This document shows, in pieces, positions 44,822 through 54,501 of a stretch of DNA of 64,000 nucleotides. A model generated the notes under the pieces. It did no database searches. It had not been told where the DNA came from and saw nothing but the letters and a program-made list of their open reading frames with translations. The translations under genes were made by a program, and so were the position numbers. This DNA comes from a virus. The DNA is taken from positions 34,859-98,858 of the IMG/VR virus record IMGVR_UViG_3300009194_000008. The stretch is one strand, 5' to 3'. The first letter of the stretch is position 1. Each line of letters opens with the position of its first letter.

Positions 44822-46273
44822 ATGTTTCAGAAAGCATTCTCACGTCCGCGGTTTCGTCCGGCCATTAACATGGGCGCTCTGTTAGATATCCCCACCGGCA
44901 AGTACGAGTATGGTCAACACGGAGAAGCCATTCTCAATGGTGGTCTGTCATCCATGACAGGTATCTGCGCACGACCGAACAACTTCAAGACCGCGCTGGC
45001 GGTGTATATGCTCGCTCAGCTTCGTCGGGTATGTCACCATACCCACACCATCACTTACGACACCGAAGGTACGCTCTACCCCACGTCACGTTTCGATGCG
45101 GTGTCCAAGAACGATCCCTATCTGTCAGGGATCGATTACGACAACGACGAACAGTTCGCCTTTACTGACCTGTCACAGTACATGGGCGATCAGTGGTTCG
45201 ACGAATTCCGTAAAATCGTCAATCAGAAAACCAAGGATGAGAAGGACTGGCTGGCCACTACGCCGTTCCTTGACGGTAATGGCAAACCCAAGGATGCGCT
45301 CTATCCGAGTGGGGGTCTGATCGACAGCTTCAGTAAGTTCCAGGTATCTGCCGTTGAAGACATCTACAATAAGAACAAGATCGGTGACTCTGGGGCCAAC
45401 ACCGATGCCATGATGAATGGTAAGGCCAAGAACCAGATGTTCAACCAGATGCCGCAGATCTGTGCACGTACGGGGTCCTACCTGATCCTGACGGCGCACC
45501 TGGGCGATATCATCAACATGGAGATGTTCCCCACCGATAAGCGTAACCTGTCCTACATGAAGAAGGACACGGTGCTTAAGGGGGTCTCCAGTGGTTTCTA
45601 TTCCCTACCCAATAACGTGTGGATGATCACCCACAACAAGCCGCTGCAGAACAAGGATAAGATGCCGGAATACCCGTGGGACAACGCCACGGCCATGCAG
45701 GGCGATACCGACCTGACCATCATTACCATGATGAACCTGCGCGGTAAGAACGGCATGTCGGGCCTGCCGGTGCCGCTGGTGGTCTCACAGAGTGAAGGCA
45801 TTCTGGCCAGTCTGTCCGAATTCCATTACGTCAAGGAAAACAACCGCTTCGGGATTGGTGGTAACATGCAGAACTACTACATGGAACTGCTGCCCGACGT
45901 GACCCTGTCACGGACCAAGATCCGCAAACGGTTGGATGAGAATGCCAAACTGCGTCGTGCGGTGCAGATCACCGCTGAGATTCTGCAGATGCAGCAATTC
46001 CACCGGGGTCACGAAGCCGATCTGATCTGTGAGCCCAAGGTTCTGTATGAGGACCTCAAGGCCATGGGTTACGACTGGGATCAGCTGCTGGGTGAAACCC
46101 GCAGCTACTGGGTCTTCTCTAAAGAGGAGACTGAACATGACCAGAAGTATCTGTCCACCATGGATCTACTCAACATCCGGCTCGGAAAGTACACCCCGTT
46201 CTGGATGACCAAGGAAGAGAAAGCGAAGCTCAAGCCCAACCCGAATCTGGGTAAGGCTGAGAAGACCGCCTAA
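44822..46273 (+). CDS. uvsX: UvsX/RecA-like recombinase
   Basis: LNGG...G..ARPNNFKT (Walker A variant), YDTE, IDSFS (Walker B), K.G.SG. Confidence 0.75.
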   Translation: MFQKAFSRPRFRPAINMGALLDIPTGKYEYGQHGEAILNGGLSSMTGICARPNNFKTALAVYMLAQLRRVCHHTHTITYDTEGTLYPTSRFDAVSKNDPYLSGIDYDNDEQFAFTDLSQYMGDQWFDEFRKIVNQKTKDEKDWLATTPFLDGNGKPKDALYPSGGLIDSFSKFQVSAVEDIYNKNKIGDSGANTDAMMNGKAKNQMFNQMPQICARTGSYLILTAHLGDIINMEMFPTDKRNLSYMKKDTVLKGVSSGFYSLPNNVWMITHNKPLQNKDKMPEYPWDNATAMQGDTDLTIITMMNLRGKNGMSGLPVPLVVSQSEGILASLSEFHYVKENNRFGIGGNMQNYYMELLPDVTLSRTKIRKRLDENAKLRRAVQITAEILQMQQFHRGHEADLICEPKVLYEDLKAMGYDWDQLLGETRSYWVFSKEETEHDQKYLSTMDLLNIRLGKYTPFWMTKEEKAKLKPNPNLGKAEKTA

Positions 46274-46291
46274 CAACACCTCTCTCACCAT

Positions 46292-46489
46292 TTGGAGAAT
46301 ATCGTGGAACTCATTCCGTTTGATCACACCTCTGTGGGTTTTCGTCGTGCCAAGCGTTGGTTAAAGCACAACCGCTTTCGTGAACTGCTGGAAACCTATG
46401 GCAGTGATGCCAACGCGGTGGTTAACCTCGCCAACGAGATCCGCAACCAACAGCGTCACGATCACTCCGAGCCCGACTATAAGGAATGA
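46292..46489 (+). CDS. Small hypothetical protein
   Basis: Fills the gap; stop overlaps the next ATG (ATGA). Confidence 0.45.
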   Translation: MENIVELIPFDHTSVGFRRAKRWLKHNRFRELLETYGSDANAVVNLANEIRNQQRHDHSEPDYKE

Positions 46490-46842
46490 AGCTCTACACG
46501 TACCAGATTCCTCACTGGCGCAAACTGCAAGGCTGTGGTGTTCCCTTGGTGGACACCACAGTGAAATCAGGTGATCCCCGCATGGCCCCGACGTGGGCCA
46601 TGGTTATGGGTGTGAAGCGCGGGACCCTAAGTGAGGAAGAATATACGCGCGCCTATAATGAAATGCTGGACTATTCGTGGTTCGCTGATCCCGCTTTCTG
46701 GGATGACCTATTGCGTCAACCCAGTATAGCCCTTGGCCGCTACTGTCCAGCTAACACATTCTGTCACCGCTACCTGTTGGTGGACTTCCTTGTTCGCCAC
46801 ACACGCCGCCTACCTAGGCGAGCTGACACCTCAAAACGTTAG
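46486..46842 (+). CDS. DUF488-like protein
   Basis: D.TVKSG...APTW.MV...K...EY...Y...YC....CHR. Confidence 0.55.
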   Translation: MKLYTYQIPHWRKLQGCGVPLVDTTVKSGDPRMAPTWAMVMGVKRGTLSEEEYTRAYNEMLDYSWFADPAFWDDLLRQPSIALGRYCPANTFCHRYLLVDFLVRHTRRLPRRADTSKR

Positions 46843-46874
46843 TCGTATAGACTAGCTTAAGGAAGCCGAATGTC

Positions 46875-47231
46875 ATGTTATCATTTCTCTCTGGAGCTAC
46901 CATGCCTAACCAAATCTCCCTTCGTGCCCGTGTTTTCTACTTAATCCGTCACCACGACATCGAGCTGGCCGAAACCTTTGCCCGTCGGTGTCCGGAAGTG
47001 CGTGACCTCGTGGAACTCAACACGTTCTTCCATCGGATCTTCTCCCAAATAGAAGGCTTCCCGGTCGACGCTCGGGCGTGTCTCAACGACACCATGAACG
47101 AGCAAGACTGGTTCCGTCATTTTGAAGCCACTGCGCTGCCGGCTCTGCTGCGGCTGCGATTCCCCCCGTTCACGGCCAAGGAGGTGCCGAGCTTCTATGA
47201 CATCCTCAACCCCGGACTTGCTCCTGCATGA
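46875..47231 (+). CDS. Hypothetical protein (start probably 46902)
   Basis: GGAG RBS before MPNQ; coding-like composition. Confidence 0.55.
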   Translation: MLSFLSGATMPNQISLRARVFYLIRHHDIELAETFARRCPEVRDLVELNTFFHRIFSQIEGFPVDARACLNDTMNEQDWFRHFEATALPALLRLRFPPFTAKEVPSFYDILNPGLAPA

Positions 47232-47580
47232 ACCACGACTAGCCATTCTCCACCCTCCCCACTTCACGAATGGCGAGCTTGTCCAGTCGATTCTGGAGCA
47301 GCCCACCTGGATACAACGCGATCCTGAGATCGTGCTATTCCGGCCCCAGTTGCTCCAGCCTCACTTCCTTGACCAGTGGCTTGCAGAGTACTATTGGTTC
47401 AACACCTCATTCAGTCCTGTCGACCAAGAAAAGGAGTCTTGGTTTGCGGGGTTGGATGAGGTGCTTTCTTATGCCACCCACCTCATGGTGTTCTGGGATG
47501 GTGCACCACACACAGTCGTGAACCAGTACCTCCGGCGCAAAGAGCGCCCCATGCCACCCACCAAGGTGGTGACTGTCTAG
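47197..47580 (+). CDS. Hypothetical protein
   Basis: ORF filling the gap before the RNAP subunit; ATHLMVFWDG motif; start uncertain. Confidence 0.45.
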   Translation: MTSSTPDLLLHEPRLAILHPPHFTNGELVQSILEQPTWIQRDPEIVLFRPQLLQPHFLDQWLAEYYWFNTSFSPVDQEKESWFAGLDEVLSYATHLMVFWDGAPHTVVNQYLRRKERPMPPTKVVTV

Positions 47581-47615
47581 GAGGATGATATGTAACCCAT
47601 ACACGGAGTGTCTCC

Positions 47616-48290
47616 ATGTCCCCACGTCAACGTGCGACCAACGAACTATTGTACTTCATCGACCAGTTTGCTCCGGGGTCAGATAACCGGGATATTTACG
47701 AACGCCGTCTAAACCAGATGACCAACCAAGAGTTTACCGACTTCATGTCACGGTTGGAATCTGGGGAAGATGTGTTGGCGCTGTTTATCCCCAACCTCTC
47801 CAAGCATTCCCTATCGTTGAAGCGTAACTTCCAGATTGCCAAGAAGCTGGATTACCCCCTGTTCCAGCATCTGCATCTGACCGATCCCAAAACCGGACAG
47901 GTGTACAAGACGCCCATCAAGCACCTGGTCATTGACTTGCCGTTACGGCGTCAGGCCCAGATGCTGTATAAGAAAATGAGCATCCCCGAGAATAACCAAG
48001 CGGTGGATGAACGCAGTGGTCAGCCTACCGGGCCCAGTAAAGGGGCCAGGGTCTCCTATCCCGAATTGCAGGTCAATGCCGCCAAGGGGCTGGACAACAT
48101 GGTCTTGGAGCTCATCAAGTTCCGGGGCGGTGATGTTAAAGCCTTTAACGCCATGAACCGCAGCATTCAGGAAACTGGTGATGCCTCCTTGGAGGAGATC
48201 AATGCCCGGGAACCGACCAACGTTAAGGCCTCCCAGACGCTCAGCGTGTTCTTGAAGGCCATGCATTTGCAGAATAACGTGGATCAATAA
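47616..48290 (+). CDS. Virion RNA polymerase beta C-terminal subunit (phiKZ gp149-like)
   Basis: LP.RRQ.Q...KK.S....D...GQPTG.SKG..S.PE, RGGD; matches the C-terminal beta region (QP..G...GG.R..EME). Confidence 0.75.
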   Translation: MSPRQRATNELLYFIDQFAPGSDNRDIYERRLNQMTNQEFTDFMSRLESGEDVLALFIPNLSKHSLSLKRNFQIAKKLDYPLFQHLHLTDPKTGQVYKTPIKHLVIDLPLRRQAQMLYKKMSIPENNQAVDERSGQPTGPSKGARVSYPELQVNAAKGLDNMVLELIKFRGGDVKAFNAMNRSIQETGDASLEEINAREPTNVKASQTLSVFLKAMHLQNNVDQ

Positions 48291-48310
48291 CCAGTTACTA
48301 AGGACGTCAC

Positions 48311-48826
48311 ATGTCAGGTCTCCACCAGATCGCCTCAGAAGCCGCCCTGGAGGCGACACGTGAGGAACTCTACCTCACCCCCAGGGAAACCCACACCGAA
48401 CTGTACAGGTGGCTTCTTGAGCTGAGAATCAATACCCGCATGTATTACCTCAGTCAAGAAATGGTGGTAGCGGAGCTGTGGCCCAAATTACGCCGCAATG
48501 AAGCCCTGTTGGACCTTGTCATGCGTGGTGCCATTGGTTTCTACTCGCGGATGGAGGGTCACGAGACCGGGGCACGGTATCGCGACTACTGTGGTACGAT
48601 CGGTCACGCCATTGGTGAACTCACCGGTCGAGGTCGTAACCAGTCTCAACAGGTCTCCGACCCAGAGTTCCATGAGAAGATTCCTCCGGGAACCAAACTG
48701 CGAGAACTGTTTATCCAAGAACAGTGGCTGACGTATCTGGTGGCGTTGGAACGTAGTGCCTCAAAACTTCTTCCAACCTCCATGCTGATTCACATTGACC
48801 CCACTCAGGGAACTGGCAATGCGTAA
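48311..48826 (+). CDS. Hypothetical protein
   Basis: AGGA RBS; operon with the RNAP subunit. Confidence 0.6.
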   Translation: MSGLHQIASEAALEATREELYLTPRETHTELYRWLLELRINTRMYYLSQEMVVAELWPKLRRNEALLDLVMRGAIGFYSRMEGHETGARYRDYCGTIGHAIGELTGRGRNQSQQVSDPEFHEKIPPGTKLRELFIQEQWLTYLVALERSASKLLPTSMLIHIDPTQGTGNA

Positions 48827-49529
48827 AGTATTGATCGATATGGATAGCCTGTTGGATACCCGTCTCGGGGTCTTGGCTGGGCTTAGTGAAGAGGCCGTGC
48901 GTAAAGTGATCGCTACTCCCACCTACTGGCAACGGGAACACACCGATTGGTCTGTTCTGACTAGTGGGTTGGTCGATAACGCAACCTTTCAAGACGCCTG
49001 GAAGAATCGGGGTAATGGGGACCTTCGTCGGTCAGTGATGACCGGGATTATCCTACCCTTGAGTCGAGTGCTCGCCGAATACAATCGTAACGTACAGGAC
49101 GGGATTGTTGACGACGACATCTGTCTGGAGGTCAACCTTCATCCCTATACGCTGGACTTTGACGAAACCGAGGAGTTGGAAGGGGTCTTGCATGAACTCC
49201 TTTATCCCGAGCTACAGATCAGCTTCTGTTCCCGTCCCATGGAAGAGCTGACCCCCAAGGTCATGAACGAACACTACGCCGCGGTGTTTTTGTTTGACTT
49301 CCCACCATGGATCAAGCACCACTGCTTTAACCTGGGCAAACAGCGTTGTCGTGGGTTGAACGTGATCGTTCCCAAGCTCTTTGAAAAGGACCCTCGAAAC
49401 TTAACCAAAGAACAGAAGCAAGAAGAGGTCTTTGGGTTTCGCCTGTGGTTGATGGAATATATCGACTTCGAGTTTGTGGATGTAGAGTGGTTCTCCATGC
49501 TTCGCCCCAGCAAAGAAAAAAGTGCATAG
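48819..49529 (+). CDS. HAD-like conserved jumbo-phage protein
   Basis: VLIDMDSLLDTR N-terminal DxD motif; N.HPY. Confidence 0.5.
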   Translation: MRKVLIDMDSLLDTRLGVLAGLSEEAVRKVIATPTYWQREHTDWSVLTSGLVDNATFQDAWKNRGNGDLRRSVMTGIILPLSRVLAEYNRNVQDGIVDDDICLEVNLHPYTLDFDETEELEGVLHELLYPELQISFCSRPMEELTPKVMNEHYAAVFLFDFPPWIKHHCFNLGKQRCRGLNVIVPKLFEKDPRNLTKEQKQEEVFGFRLWLMEYIDFEFVDVEWFSMLRPSKEKSA

Positions 49530-49562
49530 AGTCCCCTCCCCGTGCTGGGGAGGGGTTATGCC
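49524..49562. terminator. Conserved bidirectional hairpin element
   Basis: GCATA-CCCCTCCCC-gtgct-GGGGAGGGG-TTATGCC. Confidence 0.75.
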
Positions 49563-49563
49563 G

Positions 49564-50031
49564 TCAATCCTCATCCTCGTCAGGGCCGGGGACCATGTTG
49601 CGTTCCCGTTCCATGCGTTTCATGAAATCAGTGGAGGTCTCGGAAACCACCCCAATCTCATGCTCGCCATCTACCAAGTCATGGTCGCCCAGTTTCTCAG
49701 GACTGGCCTGGGGAGTGGGGATCTCTTTGGCACTGCCATCAGGTTCCCGTTCGAAGGGGTTACGGTTCTGCTGCATCATGACCATGTCACGCAGCGCAGA
49801 GGCCACCTCTTTCGAGCTATCGGCGGCATTCTGCTCGATGCTGTTCTTACGGTCGTTGATGGCGGTACTGTCCATATCCTTCAATGCTTTCAAGACAGTA
49901 TCGATGTCCTTGGGGTCTTCAGGGACCCCTTTCTTCATGTAGTGGTCGACGACCGTACGCCGGATTCCCTGGGAGTAGGCAAGGGTTTCCTCGTAGTTTG
50001 GGACGCTGGGGGCTTCGGTTTCTTCGCTCAT
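49564..50031 (-). CDS. Conserved hypothetical protein
   Basis: GAGGA RBS before MSEETE; L.ALKDMD..A motif. Confidence 0.6.
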   Translation of the reverse strand: MSEETEAPSVPNYEETLAYSQGIRRTVVDHYMKKGVPEDPKDIDTVLKALKDMDSTAINDRKNSIEQNAADSSKEVASALRDMVMMQQNRNPFEREPDGSAKEIPTPQASPEKLGDHDLVDGEHEIGVVSETSTDFMKRMERERNMVPGPDEDED

Positions 50032-50176
50032 GTCAGGCTTCCTCGGGAAAAAGTACAATACGGGTTAACATTATGGTAGTCATAGGGACTTGACGGCAAT
50101 TGACATCTATATCATTCAGTTGACCAACCCTATGCTATCATGTGTCTCCACTAATCATTCCATAAGGAGTCCACCC

Positions 50177-50692
50177 GTGTTTGGACGTACCATGCGCCTT
50201 CGTCGCTACGCCCGACGCCTGGCCACCCTCCGCCCCAACAGCACTGACAGTGCCGTGATTGCCAACCAACTGGCGGATTTGTGGCGTGGGTTTCGCGTCA
50301 AGGACCTCGTCTATCATCCACCCACTAAGAGAGCAACTACGCACCTGACTGTATGGTGGCCAACACTCCCTGAACTGGTACGCGATCTTCAACACCACAA
50401 CCACTTGATTGCCGAGCAGGCCGATCGGCGATTGGAGATGGACGCCCATCAGCGCGGGCGTACGCAAACCCACACGGTGTTGGATTTCTACCTGGCGGAC
50501 GAGAACCGCTTTCCAGTCGATGAGATCCACCTACTGCGCCGTCTACAAGGCCTATTACAGGAGCATGCCTATCTGGTGGACCAACATACCAGTCACTTCT
50601 ACCAACGGCTCTCTGAGCCCTTCTACGAGGATATCATCGTCCTTACGCAAACCCTTATCGACCTCAGCCTACCGGAGGCGCCTATCAGCTAA
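50177..50692 (+). CDS. Hypothetical protein
   Basis: AAGGAG RBS before GTG at ~50177. Confidence 0.55.
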   Translation: MFGRTMRLRRYARRLATLRPNSTDSAVIANQLADLWRGFRVKDLVYHPPTKRATTHLTVWWPTLPELVRDLQHHNHLIAEQADRRLEMDAHQRGRTQTHTVLDFYLADENRFPVDEIHLLRRLQGLLQEHAYLVDQHTSHFYQRLSEPFYEDIIVLTQTLIDLSLPEAPIS

Positions 50693-50778
50693 TCAATAAC
50701 TGACCAAACGATGTGCGAGAATAACGCACCGGGAACGTACTCCCAACTCACCGTTGGTGAAGCAGCGAGAGAATAACC

Positions 50779-51537
50779 ATGTCAAAAACCGTAAAAGAGC
50801 TATTAAGCGATCCCCTGAAGGGGACGAACCGCGCTAAGGGGATACTCTGTTATCTCTTTCGCCACGTACTGCTCTGGCGTAAAGTCAATCAGTTTGCGTG
50901 GGACAAGCGTGCACGGCTTTATTTCCAAAAGGAGCATAATAAGCACTCGAAAGACAAAGGGAATCTCAACAAGGCCCTCGTCCACGACGAGTTCACCTGG
51001 GGCGCCTTTAAAAGCGCCATTGATTTCCTCAATCCCGTTGGGGCTACGTTAACCATCCAGTTGACCTGGAAGAGCAACAAGGTCTCGCGGTATTCCATCA
51101 TCATCGATCCCGCAGAGGATGAGTCCGATCCTGTGTTGAACCTGTTCGATGTCGATACACCTAGCGATGTGTTTAAAACACACAAGGACAAGAAGCCGCC
51201 GAATACGCTGGCGCGCTTGTTTCGCAAGATTGTCTCGGAGGAAGGCATTACCGCTACTCAATGGGCGGCGCTACTGGTGGCCTACGTGCGCAATCCTATG
51301 AATGGCGTCCCGCAGAACTCCCGTGACGAGAACTCCGCCATCGGGACCTTACAGCGGGAATTATTAAAACCTCGGATGTCGTGGGCAGTCTTCCGTAAGG
51401 GGTTGAATCTGTTGAACCCCAAACAGGTTGATTATGTCTTGGAAATGCGCTGGTCGAACAACCCCGGCGATGTAACCACCCATGTGGTCACCATGCGTGA
51501 CCCCCTTTCCATGATACCCCCGTCTACCGAAAAATAA
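50779..51537 (+). CDS. Hypothetical protein made of two internal repeats
   Basis: L..LFR...W......Y...G.L...L......W..F......LNP occurs twice. Confidence 0.65.
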   Translation: MSKTVKELLSDPLKGTNRAKGILCYLFRHVLLWRKVNQFAWDKRARLYFQKEHNKHSKDKGNLNKALVHDEFTWGAFKSAIDFLNPVGATLTIQLTWKSNKVSRYSIIIDPAEDESDPVLNLFDVDTPSDVFKTHKDKKPPNTLARLFRKIVSEEGITATQWAALLVAYVRNPMNGVPQNSRDENSAIGTLQRELLKPRMSWAVFRKGLNLLNPKQVDYVLEMRWSNNPGDVTTHVVTMRDPLSMIPPSTEK

Positions 51538-51551
51538 CCTAAGGATGATTC

Positions 51552-52010
51552 ATGTCGCAGGTAGCTTACATGGACACCACGTTGGGTGATGGACACACTC
51601 ATATTAACGTGGGAAGTTTAGCAAACACCGCTCTGGGTCGGATGCTACATTATTACGACCCGACTCCCAAACAGACCCATGAAGGAATGTCCTTCCACAT
51701 GTACGCAGGGTTCTATTTCTACCTGATCACGTCAGGAGATAATGGACGCTTCCTGAGGGCCCAAACACATCGTGAGTTGGATGCCAAACGCAAGTACACA
51801 TGGGAAAACGTGCCAGGTCTGGAAACCCACCTCGAGGCTGTGTTGAGCTACAACCTTCGCAAGTCGCCCTTGGCGATACCGCTGTTGGTTCAACATGACC
51901 TACCCATCGAGTGGAGTGAACCGGACCGGGCATTGCGTAATGCCGAGCGGCGCTGGCTGCGGGTGGTGCAACGTACGGTTGCCCGGCTGCGGAATGAATA
52001 CACATCCTGA
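51552..52010 (+). CDS. Hypothetical protein (possibly NADAR-related)
   Basis: HINV.S...T.LGR.L motif. Confidence 0.45.
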   Translation: MSQVAYMDTTLGDGHTHINVGSLANTALGRMLHYYDPTPKQTHEGMSFHMYAGFYFYLITSGDNGRFLRAQTHRELDAKRKYTWENVPGLETHLEAVLSYNLRKSPLAIPLLVQHDLPIEWSEPDRALRNAERRWLRVVQRTVARLRNEYTS

Positions 52011-52021
52011 CGGTTCACCGT

Positions 52022-52052
52022 AACCCTCTCCCTCCGGGGAGGGGGTTATTCC
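52022..52052 (+). terminator. Hairpin element, TTATTCC variant
   Basis: AACCCTCTCCC-tccg-GGGAGGGGGTT-ATTCC. Confidence 0.55.
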
Positions 52053-52074
52053 GTCATGCCCAAGAGAGAACACC

Positions 52075-52614
52075 ATGAGTGAACGGACGCTGGTTTTTGA
52101 TCCCCACTACCCTGGCCGGTGGGGAAAGCAGACACTGGATATCCTCAGTGATGTGGTTAATTACGACCACATTGCCTTCCCTTATACCTACAACTGGTTA
52201 CGCGTTACCCAGGAAGACCAGTTCATCAACAAACTTCTTCATATGTCAGGGATTACCCTAGGCGCTAACCGGGTGGGAATAAAAGGACCCCAATACTGGT
52301 CCGATGATCCCGGTAATGTCGACTGGGAGTCCATGCTCCTTGTTGAACTGGGGCGGCCCTTAAGTGCGCGTGCTTGGTCGTATTTGTCGGGTAGTGGTTC
52401 GTTTGACACACTGACCGAAGAAGATCATCAGGACTTTCTAACCCTCGCCACACAACTCATTCCTTCACGTGTGGCTGTCTTGGGTGAGACATGGCAAACA
52501 ACCATCACTTTCATTATCGGTGGACAACCTTACGAACGAGTCAAGACATTCCTCGATTACGTTTTAGATGGTAACGCTCCCGATTCGGGTTTGGTTGTCT
52601 TTCTAGATCTGTGA
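52075..52614 (+). CDS. Hypothetical protein
   Basis: ORF with RBS, followed by an intrinsic terminator. Confidence 0.6.
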   Translation: MSERTLVFDPHYPGRWGKQTLDILSDVVNYDHIAFPYTYNWLRVTQEDQFINKLLHMSGITLGANRVGIKGPQYWSDDPGNVDWESMLLVELGRPLSARAWSYLSGSGSFDTLTEEDHQDFLTLATQLIPSRVAVLGETWQTTITFIIGGQPYERVKTFLDYVLDGNAPDSGLVVFLDL

Positions 52615-52619
52615 AACAC

Positions 52620-52651
52620 AGGCGTCCTGCTGGGACGCCTTCTTTTTTTTT
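52620..52651 (+). terminator. Rho-independent terminator
   Basis: AGGCGTCC-tgctg-GGACGCCT followed by TCTTTTTTTTT. Confidence 0.85.
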
Positions 52652-52703
52652 GTTCCTCACCAGTCAGGTTATCGTATAGACCCTTATCACTGGAGTTACC
52701 CCC

Positions 52704-53684
52704 ATGTCACGTATTGCCCGTCCGGCCTTTAATGGGAGTCCTACCGATTCCTTACAGGCCGTGGATGTCTACGGTGAAGTCTCCGATAGCGTCCGGAATA
52801 AATTTACCACTCAGTTCTCGGCCTTTGGTCAATCACTACAAGAGAGTCTGGGGCGCGTACAGAACCAGTTGATCGGTGTAGGTAACCAACTTAATGCCGG
52901 TACCGTGGATTATGCCACCGCCACACAGCGGGTTAAGAGTATTCTACGTGGGGCCCGGGGGGATCTGGACACCATTGGTGATGACCTCAAGGATTCCATC
53001 CTGGAGGGTGTCGGGATAGACCCCACCAAAGCCAAACAACTCAAGGTCAATCTCGAGTCCGGGGTACAACGTATTCGGGATGCTGACCTTAACAACGCCC
53101 AAGGGGTGATGGCACTGTTGCGGGATGTGACTGGCAACGATGTCTTTAGCGTCCTAGACTTGGATGCCGAAGTCGGTGTCCTTCGCGGAGTGTTGGAAGA
53201 GGTCTCCGCTTGGGGTGTTCCCGAACTGGTCGATAGTGTCCTGTCGGAAATCGACGACCCAGAAGTTCGCCGACAAGTGGTTCAAGCCAGTACCGATCGC
53301 TTGAGCCAGGATTCCGACATCGATGGCATTGAAGCCATCCTTAACCAGGTGGATGCTTCGGCCTTAACGGCTAACCGTCCCGACTTTCCGAAAAAGGTAC
53401 TCGAACGCTACAAGTTCACGTCTGGCGTGACGCCAGACCAATACCCCGATAAACTTGCTCAATTAGTCGGGGTGATGGATAAGCTTCATCCGGATTGGTT
53501 CTGGACACGGCGCGGTGGTGAAGATGTCTGGAACCTGAGCATCATTCGCACGGCCAGTGACGATGCCAAACAGTTGTTCTACTCAGACCCCGACTACCGC
53601 ACACCGGCGTTGATTGCCCCGCTCTATCCCGAGAAGGAATTCACCGCCCTTGCCCGAAAACTCTATCCCGGCATTGCTTTTTAA
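52704..53684 (+). CDS. phiKZ-like virion structural protein (gp174-like by synteny)
   Basis: F...PTD.L..VDVY N-terminus; convergent with the head protease as in phiKZ-like genomes. Confidence 0.5.
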   Translation: MSRIARPAFNGSPTDSLQAVDVYGEVSDSVRNKFTTQFSAFGQSLQESLGRVQNQLIGVGNQLNAGTVDYATATQRVKSILRGARGDLDTIGDDLKDSILEGVGIDPTKAKQLKVNLESGVQRIRDADLNNAQGVMALLRDVTGNDVFSVLDLDAEVGVLRGVLEEVSAWGVPELVDSVLSEIDDPEVRRQVVQASTDRLSQDSDIDGIEAILNQVDASALTANRPDFPKKVLERYKFTSGVTPDQYPDKLAQLVGVMDKLHPDWFWTRRGGEDVWNLSIIRTASDDAKQLFYSDPDYRTPALIAPLYPEKEFTALARKLYPGIAF

Positions 53685-53689
53685 GTCAC

Positions 53690-53729
53690 GGCATAAACCG
53701 AGCCCCCAGTCACGGGGGCTCAATTATGC
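53690..53729. terminator. Conserved bidirectional hairpin element
   Basis: GGCATAA-GAGCCCCC-agtcac-GGGGGCTC-TTATGC. Confidence 0.75.
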
Positions 53730-53734
53730 GTCGA

Positions 53735-54499
53735 TCACCAATCCAGGTAGGAGGGCGTCGAGGGTTTACTAACCCCCTTGCTCCATCCCAGATCCGCGGC
53801 CAAGGATTCATAGTCCACGGCGTTGGATTCCATACCCGAGGCTTTCTGCTGGCGCTGTTCTTCGGCCAGGCCCCACAGCATGGTCGGGGTAACTTCTACT
53901 TGAGAGAACGACTCGAGGGCCGGGGAGTAGTATTTGTTGGCGTTGTAGATACCGCCCTCATTAACAAAGTCCCAGGTCACGATGTCACGGGTGTATTTCA
54001 CCCCACGCATCATGTCGTCCACGGTCAGACTACGGACGGAGAAGTAGACGTTCTCATGGGGGTTGTCCAGCGCGTCCTTGAGAACCTGACCATAGGGACC
54101 GGAGGGACGCACTTCACCAATGACCACAGTGACCGGACGCCCTTTCTCGTCTTTCTGACCCGGCTCCAGACGCAGGTTGCGAATATGGAACGCGACACGG
54201 TCGGAATCAATCTGGCGAATACGACCGATGAAGGCTTGATCGGATTGACCGCCCTGTTTCTCGGGGTGCTTGTACTCGCCGCGCAGCACACCTTTCTCCA
54301 GCATCCGCATCAGCGGGGAGCCTTGTTGGAAGAAGGGGACGGCCGATTGCAGGTCATAGAACATTCCGGCGCTGTTATACGCCCCATAGGCACCCAGCAC
54401 AACGGTGTAGTAGCCGTCGTGGTCGGGCTTTAACACCCCTTTCTTTTGCGTGCCCATGAGCATGGTACAGCCCATGGAGACACTGCGGTTCATTTGCAT
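53735..54499 (-). CDS. Prohead maturation protease (phiKZ gp175-like)
   Basis: L.GE..HP (His), FSVRS (Ser), TWD.VNE.G; C-terminal PALES self-processing motif. Confidence 0.85.
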   Translation of the reverse strand: MQMNRSVSMGCTMLMGTQKKGVLKPDHDGYYTVVLGAYGAYNSAGMFYDLQSAVPFFQQGSPLMRMLEKGVLRGEYKHPEKQGGQSDQAFIGRIRQIDSDRVAFHIRNLRLEPGQKDEKGRPVTVVIGEVRPSGPYGQVLKDALDNPHENVYFSVRSLTVDDMMRGVKYTRDIVTWDFVNEGGIYNANKYYSPALESFSQVEVTPTMLWGLAEEQRQQKASGMESNAVDYESLAADLGWSKGVSKPSTPSYLDW

Positions 54500-54501
54500 G
54501 A

